Position numbers and translations under genes: made by a program
The notes under the pieces: generated by a model
The model's database searches: none
The model's input: only the letters and a program-made list of their open reading frames with translations
What the model was told of the DNA's origin: nothing
Source of the DNA: a virus
Direction: 5' to 3' (one strand)
Length of the DNA stretch: 46,966 bases
Virus record (IMG/VR): IMGVR_UViG_3300032204_000004
Shown here: positions 19,530 through 26,431 of the stretch, in pieces
Position numbering within the stretch: position 1 is the stretch's first letter
Layout of the letters: each line of letters begins with the position of its first letter

Positions 19530-19919
19530 ATGACTGACACCGCGTGGATTGAACTAGCCGCATTACTCGTTACATGCGGTGTCACCATTGGTTCATGTAT
19601 CGTTACGATACGCAGAGGCACCGAAGATGTCAAAACATCCGTGTTCAAGAAGATCGATGAGATCGAGCATGACCGAACCGAATTTGAGTTTCAAATGGAG
19701 CGGCGCATGGGTGAGGTAGGCACGGCGCTTCGAGAGAAGATTTCCCAAGTCGAACTTCACATCCGCGACAACTATGTGGATAAGACAATCATGTCCCAGA
19801 TGGTAGATATGATGGTTAAGAATAGCGATAAACAGTTTGAACTAATCCGTTCGGATATGAAACGGCTTCATGATAAGATGGACTTTCTCAGAGGTCAGGG
19901 TCCCGCTCCGCAACCTTGA
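19530..19919 (+). CDS. i-spanin-like type II membrane coiled-coil protein
   Basis: N-terminal TM segment (WIELAALLVTCGVTIGSCIVTI) followed by a charged helical region. Last gene of the late operon. Confidence 0.45.
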   Translation: MTDTAWIELAALLVTCGVTIGSCIVTIRRGTEDVKTSVFKKIDEIEHDRTEFEFQMERRMGEVGTALREKISQVELHIRDNYVDKTIMSQMVDMMVKNSDKQFELIRSDMKRLHDKMDFLRGQGPAPQP

Positions 19920-21135
19920 ACGTCCGCTGTCCTGTCTTACGATCCATCCCCACCGCCTTTAACATTCCCGAATTTTGCATCACGTCGATAACCCGCATCA
20001 CAGAATGGAGCGGGAGACGTTCGCGCGCGAAGTTAACAATCCGCTGCTCTCCAACTCCCTGACCCCGATCGCTGGTTAGGACGAAGTGTTTGATTTCGTC
20101 AAGGGCTTGGCCATCAGCGTTGGACGAACCGGCTTTGAAGATTTCTGGCATCGCGCTTTCGGCTTCAACCAACCAACCCAATGCGCGGTCGAAATCCTCC
20201 TTCATCAGGATCAGCGTGTTCGATCGATCAATCGCAGAGATCATCGATAGCTTATAAAGATGAGCCCTTCGTCGAGTGACATAGTGAATGAGCTTGGGAT
20301 GGGAAGGAACAGGGAGTTCGCCTTTTCCTCGCCAGTCATTGACCGCGTCTCGATAATCTTCAGTGACTTCGAATTCCCCGTTGAGCGTATTGATAATACG
20401 TAGGTCGTGTTCGAGCGAAGTGGAATGGTTGATTGTCTTTGGGGCGAAATCGTCTCCGAGGATTCTTTCATCGCTGAACACCATGATTAGGCGGGAGGTG
20501 AAGCCTTGGTCCCATGCGCCTTCGGGCATGAACTTGAGGAGGTTCGAGGGGGTGCTGCCGCAGAGCATGTTTAGTTGAGGGCTTTTGATTTTGATATTCA
20601 AGTCGCGGGTGCGGCGAGTTTGGCTATACGGATCGGGATCGTAGAAGGCTGAGAGCCCCGCGATCATCTCATCGTCATACTTGCTTACGAAAGCGCCAAG
20701 CTCATCAGCAGCAATGAACATAGAATTATATTCGAGAGGAGCATCAGGCAGACGAACAACCATTCTCTTTGCAACCAGAAGTGCGTCAACCAAGCTAGCG
20801 AAAGTAAGACTAACAGGAGCAAGATGAAAGTCAGGAAGATCATGAACATAGGAACGGGCCTCGCGAATGGTTCGGGTCTTACCCACGCCGGGATGACCGA
20901 GGATTAGGATATACATATTTGGATAGAGTGGGCGTGAAGTCCGCACCCACACCTTCTGTTCCAAGACAGCCGCTATCGCGCTAATCGCAGACCACTTGCG
21001 GAATAGCTTCGGGCTATCCAGTGCGTCGGTTTGTTGTACGAATGCGTCGATCCAAGAGGTCAGCTTCCGGGACCCGCGTCCTTTTGTCTGGCCCTTTGTA
21101 GTCTTGGAGTCCGTTTGGATTTTTTGATGCATCAT
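19888..21135 (-). CDS. P-loop NTPase, putative replicative helicase (DUF3987-like)
   Basis: Walker A (LGHPGVGKT) and Walker B (MFIAADELG). Start taken at ATG 21135; the track's GTG 21144 is also possible. Overlaps the polymerase 3' end. Confidence 0.6.
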   Translation of the reverse strand: MMHQKIQTDSKTTKGQTKGRGSRKLTSWIDAFVQQTDALDSPKLFRKWSAISAIAAVLEQKVWVRTSRPLYPNMYILILGHPGVGKTRTIREARSYVHDLPDFHLAPVSLTFASLVDALLVAKRMVVRLPDAPLEYNSMFIAADELGAFVSKYDDEMIAGLSAFYDPDPYSQTRRTRDLNIKIKSPQLNMLCGSTPSNLLKFMPEGAWDQGFTSRLIMVFSDERILGDDFAPKTINHSTSLEHDLRIINTLNGEFEVTEDYRDAVNDWRGKGELPVPSHPKLIHYVTRRRAHLYKLSMISAIDRSNTLILMKEDFDRALGWLVEAESAMPEIFKAGSSNADGQALDEIKHFVLTSDRGQGVGEQRIVNFARERLPLHSVMRVIDVMQNSGMLKAVGMDRKTGQRTFKVAERDPDL

Positions 21136-22531
21136 ACTTTCCACGATTCCAGCCGACCTGACAGTCGTATGGTATTTCTAGCGTTCGACCATTGGCCAGT
21201 TTAATAGGGGTGATGAGATTGGCTTTAAGTTGTGGAAGAATGATTTCTTCGAGTTCTTGTGGGTATTGGAATGTGAGCGCGTCGTGATCTTGCATCATGA
21301 GGGTGGCGATGTTGAGTCGCCAAATGTTTAGCATCGCGGTGTTGACGATGTCGGCAAGGGAGCCTTGGGGGTCGAATGCGATAGCCGCACGGATGGTGTC
21401 TGGATCATTGCGGCGTCCCCAAAAATATCGCTTCCGGCCCATCAACGAGACGAGGTACCCTTTCGTCCAGACTTGGTCTTCGACCCACTCTTGCCAGCGT
21501 TGGTGCGCGGGGAAGGCCGAGAAGTATTTGGGCTGGAAATTCGAAACCACCCCAACGGGAAGCTTAGATTGCTGTGCGAGAGTGGTAGGTCGTCCGCCGT
21601 AGTTCGACCCGTGGCCGAGCTTCTTGCACATGAAACGGTAAGTGTAATGTCGGTAGAATGGGGTCTCCGCAATATCTTTATCTCTTGCAAAGTCTCCGGT
21701 CCATGAAAGTTCTGGCCAACAAATTCTTGCAACTGCTGTATGAACGTCCCCACTGTCAACCGCGTCGAGGTAGGTGGGGTCGTTGAAGAGGTTGTATTCG
21801 ATTGCGCCGACGACATAGGATTCTCCTGATTTTGCGTCGAATTTTGCGAACTTCATTCCGGAGTCGGAGATGAATATGCTTCTTAATGACTCTTCGATAT
21901 TCTGGAGATTCCCCCCGGTTCCATATTCACTGTAAGAAGATGAAAACCTACCTGTGTCAGTCCCTGCAATATTGTAAGAAGTTCGCATTCGTCCATCCGG
22001 GTCGATATCGGTTTTAAGGACTCCGATTTTCTTAGCAATCTCTCGCATAGTGGATATGTGAGCGATGATTGGCCGGGCGACGAGATACCCCTCCATCTTC
22101 TCCAAAGCGTTGCGATCAACGGTCGGTCTCCCTTGCTTTTTAATCGGTGGGATATTGAGTTTGGTGTAGAACAGGTGTTGTAGATCGGCATTAGAGCGCC
22201 AATTGAAGTGGGGCATACCCACCCCTTCGAGGACGAGACGAGACAACTGCCGTTCAAGAATGTCGAGTTGGTTGTAGAACTCATCCATAACCTCCATCTT
22301 ACGGACGTTGTCAATTTTGACCCCGCGCCCGTTCATTTCGAGAACGGGGCCTTGAAGGGCGCGGGAGAAGGCGTAGGTCTTGGCTTCGTGGGAGGTGGCT
22401 TCGTTTTCAGAGAACTTGATTGCTTCAAAGACCTCACGCGTGATACATACGTCAAGGCCGTTGTAGACCTGCTCACGCTCAAAGCCGGTTAGGGCAGAGG
22501 GTTCGATTTCAGCGGTTTTGATTATTTTCAT
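21014..22531 (-). CDS. family A DNA polymerase, C-terminal part (Exo III motif + polymerase domain)
   Basis: Contains QVYNGLD (YxxxD), DTGRFSSS...GGNLQNI (motif A region), KLGHGSNYGG (motif B) and MQDHDAL (motif C). Start taken at ATG 22531. Confidence 0.9.
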   Translation of the reverse strand: MKIIKTAEIEPSALTGFEREQVYNGLDVCITREVFEAIKFSENEATSHEAKTYAFSRALQGPVLEMNGRGVKIDNVRKMEVMDEFYNQLDILERQLSRLVLEGVGMPHFNWRSNADLQHLFYTKLNIPPIKKQGRPTVDRNALEKMEGYLVARPIIAHISTMREIAKKIGVLKTDIDPDGRMRTSYNIAGTDTGRFSSSYSEYGTGGNLQNIEESLRSIFISDSGMKFAKFDAKSGESYVVGAIEYNLFNDPTYLDAVDSGDVHTAVARICWPELSWTGDFARDKDIAETPFYRHYTYRFMCKKLGHGSNYGGRPTTLAQQSKLPVGVVSNFQPKYFSAFPAHQRWQEWVEDQVWTKGYLVSLMGRKRYFWGRRNDPDTIRAAIAFDPQGSLADIVNTAMLNIWRLNIATLMMQDHDALTFQYPQELEEIILPQLKANLITPIKLANGRTLEIPYDCQVGWNRGKYDASKNPNGLQDYKGPDKRTRVPEADLLDRRIRTTNRRTG

Positions 22532-22533
22532 TT

Positions 22534-22788
22534 TCAATGTAACTTAGAACATTGTGGACAAGTAACATCATTACCATTCCTCCGCCACCCTATTTCCGCA
22601 AACATTTTTGGTGCCATTTCTTCTATTAAAATTCTTATAGCATTGTCTACATTTCCAGCATCATAAGCAATACCTACCATTCCTTGATCCTTGTGCAAAA
22701 CACACCAGTCACTTTGTGATTTACATATACAACATTTATATGCAACCATAGCTATATGTGGAGGTTTCGGTTTACCAATAACCCACAT
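22534..22788 (-). CDS. AT-rich Cys-rich mini-ORF splitting the polymerase gene
   Basis: 84 aa with CCIC...CPQC. TAATG overlap with the upstream ORF. Its stop lies 2 nt before the polymerase ATG. Composition is visibly AT-rich compared with both flanks. Confidence 0.6.
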   Translation of the reverse strand: MWVIGKPKPPHIAMVAYKCCICKSQSDWCVLHKDQGMVGIAYDAGNVDNAIRILIEEMAPKMFAEIGWRRNGNDVTCPQCSKLH

Positions 22789-23891
22789 TACGAATCCCTC
22801 TTAATCGTATCAGCTTCTTTCCGCATATGTTTCCAACTTCCATGATCAGTATACACCGATCCCAGATAACCTAATCCTTTGAGACTTTCCGGCTGCCTTG
22901 CGTGGTGGAGGAGCATCGTATCCTCCGCCGCCCCAAGCGTCCGAATTCCGTACGAACGGTAGAGGAATTGGATGTCGTAGACTCCGTTTTGGAACAACTT
23001 GCGGATTGATGCATCCTCAAGAACTCCACGGATAATTTGCCAACACTCATATTCAAGCTCTGAAGTAGGCCAATAACTTCCTCCCGGCTTTCGGGAGTCA
23101 TCGAACGGTATAACGATTGCAAGGTCTCCTCGGACGCCGAAGCCAATACATGTAACCCTTGTTCCAGATGTTTCGATGTCAACAGACAATAGCCCTTCTG
23201 GAGCCACAAAGCGGCCCATGAAGTCTCGAATATCGTCAAGGGTTGGTTCGATCCAGATTTCACAGTTCGGCCTCCTTATTTCCTGAAACGCTGATTCTCG
23301 CTTGGCTTTGACTAAATCCATTATGGTCGTGGGTCGAAGCTCCCATTGTCGAAGCACAGCAGAAGGGTGGTAAGTAGGCAGAAGCTTAAAGCCACCAACA
23401 GTGTGTGTAGAGAGGAGCGTCGTGCCTCGTAGTTTAGTGACTCCACTTTTGCCAGTAAGCGCCCAGAGAGCAGTATTGCCCAGAGCAATGATGAGATTTG
23501 GATCGTGGTCAACAATTTCGTCCCCTAAGCGATCGAGTTCGGATTGGTATTGGGCGAGGAGGTATTTGCCTTTGATGAGTGCAGGGTATCCGGCTACGCC
23601 TTCACGGCTGCCGCCACAGATATTGTTGAGATCGTTGGCGTGGGGGTGGAATTGGAAAACGTTGGTACGGAAAACGGTTGCGGAATGATTGTGCCAGACT
23701 TCGTCAACGGCTGTTGCGTCACCGTTGTTGTAGAACCTCGAAATGAGTGCGCGATCTTCGATTGTGAGGCTGATAATCTTGGCTTCGTCAAGCTGGCGCA
23801 AAAGCTCAATGCCAGAAGGCCCGACAAAACAAGAATTAATTTTTTGTTCATTTGCACCTTTTGCCTCCCCCACGATAACTATAGGTGTCAT
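22788..23891 (-). CDS. DNA polymerase N-terminal part: UDG-like domain + 3'-5' exonuclease motifs Exo I and Exo II
   Basis: UDG family 4-type motifs: GEAKGANEQ...CFVGPSG, FRTNVFQFHP, TYHPSAVLR. Exonuclease motifs: VDIET (Exo I), FQNGVYD (Exo II) and EDTML. Confidence 0.8.
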   Translation of the reverse strand: MTPIVIVGEAKGANEQKINSCFVGPSGIELLRQLDEAKIISLTIEDRALISRFYNNGDATAVDEVWHNHSATVFRTNVFQFHPHANDLNNICGGSREGVAGYPALIKGKYLLAQYQSELDRLGDEIVDHDPNLIIALGNTALWALTGKSGVTKLRGTTLLSTHTVGGFKLLPTYHPSAVLRQWELRPTTIMDLVKAKRESAFQEIRRPNCEIWIEPTLDDIRDFMGRFVAPEGLLSVDIETSGTRVTCIGFGVRGDLAIVIPFDDSRKPGGSYWPTSELEYECWQIIRGVLEDASIRKLFQNGVYDIQFLYRSYGIRTLGAAEDTMLLHHARQPESLKGLGYLGSVYTDHGSWKHMRKEADTIKRDS

Positions 23892-24328
23892 ATCATTCTT
23901 CCCAGATTGTCACGTTCTCTTTTACTAGCATGTTCCGAGGTATGGCAATATGAACATAAAATTTCTAAATTTTCAGGAATGTTGTTTGTTCTATCTTGAT
24001 CCTTATGATGTATGTGATGATTCATATCTTGTCGAACAAATCCACATCTTTCACAAATATGTAAATTACGATTCAAGGATTTCATTAGTGCTTGGTTATG
24101 TCGTCTTATAGTACGTTTTGATAATCCTGTAACATGAGCATTCTTATTGCCATATTGGGCACCTTGTTTCCATCCAATTATATTACAGGAAGCAGCAAAA
24201 ACTCTAATTGTTGATACGTGACATGAAAGATAATCAGCTATTTCATGTTGATTCATATCAAGATCGCGTAGAGCCATAATAGCTTCTTTTCTTTGATCAA
24301 AGCCTAGCTGCTTCCAGTATAGTTTCAT
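23859..24328 (-). mobile_element. HNH homing-endonuclease cassette (HNH ORF plus recoded copy of the target 5' end)
   Basis: AT-rich block. It lies between the leftover copy at 24325..24360 and the recoded copy at 23859..23891. Confidence 0.6.
23888..24328 (-). CDS. HNH homing endonuclease with N-terminal HTH
   Basis: Track ORF trimmed to ATG 24328. HNH motif: CERCG...HHIHHKDQDRTNN..ENLEILCSYCHTSEH. ATGA overlap with the downstream polymerase gene. Confidence 0.8.
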   Translation of the reverse strand: MKLYWKQLGFDQRKEAIMALRDLDMNQHEIADYLSCHVSTIRVFAASCNIIGWKQGAQYGNKNAHVTGLSKRTIRRHNQALMKSLNRNLHICERCGFVRQDMNHHIHHKDQDRTNNIPENLEILCSYCHTSEHASKRERDNLGRMI

Positions 24329-24360
24329 TTGGCCTCGCCGATTATGACGATGGGTGTCAC
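24325..24360 (-). pseudogene. leftover original 5' end of the UDG-exonuclease gene (mini-ORF VTPIVIIGEAK-stop)
   Basis: GTG ACA CCC ATC GTC ATA ATC GGC GAG GCC AAA TGA duplicates MTPIVIVGEAK at 23859..23891. GTGA overlap with the upstream gene. Its stop overlaps the HNH ATG. Confidence 0.65.
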
Positions 24361-24614
24361 TTACACTTTTCCTCAACGAGGACAGCATAGCCACGCACAT
24401 CTTCCCAATGCTGCTTCGAGAGGGACTTGCCGGAGAGGATACGCGAGAACTTGAGAGCAATCATATCCATCGCCTCGCGTTCGATATACGACAGTCGATG
24501 CCAGCCTACAGCGGACTGGAAAACGGTTTTGATCCGCTGGGAGAGTTGAGCATTCTCCTCAAACGATCCGTGGGTGGTTTCACGTTCAGCGAGGAGCGGG
24601 TCGCGTTCGGTCAT
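24357..24614 (-). CDS. small all-alpha protein, MazG-like / DUF6378-like
   Basis: The HGSFEENAQ...EREAMDMIALKFSRIL...WEDVRGYAVL pattern recalls phage nucleotide pyrophosphohydrolase N-terminal domains. Call is from memory only. Confidence 0.4.
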   Translation of the reverse strand: MTERDPLLAERETTHGSFEENAQLSQRIKTVFQSAVGWHRLSYIEREAMDMIALKFSRILSGKSLSKQHWEDVRGYAVLVEEKCK

Positions 24615-24635
24615 TTTAGTCTCCGATGTGAAAGT

Positions 24636-24657
24636 GGGTGGGACCGAAGCCCCACCC
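24636..24657 (-). terminator. stable UUCG-tetraloop hairpin between genes (terminator or RNA stability element)
   Basis: Minus-strand RNA GGGUGGGGC-UUCG-GUCCCACCC forms 9 bp, including a G-U pair that would be an A-C mismatch on the plus strand. Followed by ACUUUCAC. Confidence 0.45.
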
Positions 24658-24665
24658 TGTTTGGG

Positions 24666-25127
24666 TTAGTCCTCAACCGGTGCGGTCTTGCCGATGTTGG
24701 CATAGACCGACGAACCATCCTTGGACGCGGTGTGAACAATCGCACCAACGAACTGGCAATTTGGCGAGTTATCAATCGCCTGTGCCGTCGTCTCGCCATC
24801 ATTCGCCGCGCCGCAATGGACGAGGAAGCTTTGAAGGCGATACAACGAATCCTCGGTGATATAGAAGGTAATCTTCTGCGTCACCTCGGTCAGCTTCCGC
24901 ATGGAGCCATCCGACTTGGTGGCCCAATCCTTCAAAGCTTCCTCGTCCACGTCGTCGAGAGCCGATACGCACTTGACTTGGAATTCGTAGAACGGGGTCT
25001 GCTTCTCCTTCGACTTGTCAAAGCGAGGGAGGCCTTGAATAGACCAAACGTAGGAACCGACTGGGAGCGGTTTCGGGCGATCAATTTGTGTAGCTGGTTT
25101 TGAGAGGATGTCTTCGAATGTTGTCAT
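24666..25127 (-). CDS. putative ssDNA-binding protein (DUF669-like)
   Basis: Track ORF trimmed to ATG 25127. PLPVGSYVWSI motif near the N-terminus. Lies in the same module as the Sak4-like ATPase. Confidence 0.4.
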   Translation of the reverse strand: MTTFEDILSKPATQIDRPKPLPVGSYVWSIQGLPRFDKSKEKQTPFYEFQVKCVSALDDVDEEALKDWATKSDGSMRKLTEVTQKITFYITEDSLYRLQSFLVHCGAANDGETTAQAIDNSPNCQFVGAIVHTASKDGSSVYANIGKTAPVED

Positions 25128-25128
25128 T

Positions 25129-25401
25129 TTAGGTTTCCGGGTTGGTTGCTGGTTCGTATGTAGCCTCAAAAATGTCAGGTTTACATGGGTAAACTTCTCC
25201 CTTTACTCCTTTGATAATCCAATCTCCAGCATCAGCTTTCATGATACCTTCGAGAGTTTCGATAAACATATTTGGAAAGTTGATAGTAACCTTTCCGTGT
25301 TCTATCAAATCAACAATCCACTCTGGGTCCTCGATTTGATATACATCACCTGACCATTTGAAAGCTTCAATGGTTATAGGCTTTTTGCGATAGTATCCCA
25401 T
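25129..25401 (-). CDS. hypothetical small protein (AT-rich gene)
   Basis: 90-aa ORF with GDWIIKGVKGEVYPCKPDIFEATYE, a motif common in small phage proteins. Confidence 0.6.
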   Translation of the reverse strand: MGYYRKKPITIEAFKWSGDVYQIEDPEWIVDLIEHGKVTINFPNMFIETLEGIMKADAGDWIIKGVKGEVYPCKPDIFEATYEPATNPET

Positions 25402-26255
25402 TAGGATGCTTTCTTTACGGGTTTGGGAGCGGTGGTGATAGACTTTGGCGCCTCCCGTAGTACGCCAAAGAATTCGGCGAGGCCTGTTTCGATTGGGTAC
25501 GATTTAGCCATCGCAAAGGGTTTGGGATTTTTCAGGTCGATGAGGGCGGTTGCGGCGGTTTGGAGAGTCCTTTTGCCACCCTTGCTTTCACAGAGCGCGA
25601 CAGAGTTAAAGTAACGCGGGATGACGGGACCGAGGGCAGACCCAACGCTTGTTGGATAACCTTTCCGTGATCCGTCAGGGTTTTCGATATATCGGATGTG
25701 ACTTGTGACGATAACATTTGTTCTAAATGCTTCGCTTGTGAGCAGGGCCAAGACACTCTCAATTGCGTTTTGCGCATCTTTGTAAACCGCCCTTGCATCG
25801 TACTTGCCGTCCTTACCACGTACAGCCAGAGGCTCCCTAAAGGCAAAGGCCGCATCTGACATAAAGGTGAGGGAATCGACCACAAGTATACATTCTGGCC
25901 CCCATTCTGCTGGAACGCCAAGGTCAGTTTCAACTCCATCTTCCGTGTACTTCCAACGGTCAAGGAGCTTAGTAGCTTCGACAAATGCCTTGGGGGCTCC
26001 CGCAATAACAGGTCCTTCGGGTGAAGATTTATACTTATCTCGAAGTGTCCGGAACTCAACATTGTCCACCTTATCTGGGCACTGGTTGGTGACGAAGGCT
26101 TTGAGCGGGTCTAAGCCGTTGTCGAAGTCTAAGATGCGGAGTTTGTATCCTGCGGCGACGAGGGAGGTAAGGGCGCCGGTTTTTCCGCTACCGCTGTCGC
26201 CTTCTATCAAAAGTTTTGTGAATTCGTTGGATTGGTGTTTGGAGAGGGAGGGCAT
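25401..26255 (-). CDS. RecA-fold ATPase, AAA_24 / Sak4-like recombination protein
   Basis: KLLIEGDSGSGKTG (Walker A), RILDFDNG, ILVVDSLT (Walker B). Confidence 0.7.
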   Translation of the reverse strand: MPSLSKHQSNEFTKLLIEGDSGSGKTGALTSLVAAGYKLRILDFDNGLDPLKAFVTNQCPDKVDNVEFRTLRDKYKSSPEGPVIAGAPKAFVEATKLLDRWKYTEDGVETDLGVPAEWGPECILVVDSLTFMSDAAFAFREPLAVRGKDGKYDARAVYKDAQNAIESVLALLTSEAFRTNVIVTSHIRYIENPDGSRKGYPTSVGSALGPVIPRYFNSVALCESKGGKRTLQTAATALIDLKNPKPFAMAKSYPIETGLAEFFGVLREAPKSITTAPKPVKKAS

Positions 26256-26431
26256 TCAGTTTCCAATTCTACGATTAAGTTAACACGATCAAATAGGGTG
26301 GCGGAATCGATAGGGAGTTTGAGTTGGACACCTAAGAGTTGAACGGCGAGATTGCCTTCGTTGTCGTAGGTCCAAGGGAGATTGAGGCAGATGTATCTTG
26401 TTTTATTCAACGCGGACGAAGCGGATTCCAT
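26207..26431 (-). CDS. possible small ORF filling the exonuclease/ATPase gap
   Basis: Only ORF spanning the 150-nt gap 26256..26406. It overlaps both neighbours (25 and 49 nt) and has no clear RBS. Confidence 0.25.
   Translation of the reverse strand: MESASSALNKTRYICLNLPWTYDNEGNLAVQLLGVQLKLPIDSATLFDRVNLIVELETECPPSPNTNPTNSQNF

Noticed and set aside
22529-22790. Group I intron or intein as the explanation of the split polymerase.
   Set aside because: The three ORFs abut with overlapping or 2-nt-spaced stop/start codons, leaving no room for a ribozyme core. The inserted ORF is out of frame with the flanks and lacks intein blocks.
24354-25103. 249-aa plus-strand ORF antisense to the MazG-like and SSB-like genes.
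   Set aside because: It crosses an intergenic hairpin and two well-supported minus-strand genes. It is Arg/Leu-rich like an antisense shadow, and it has no promoter or RBS.
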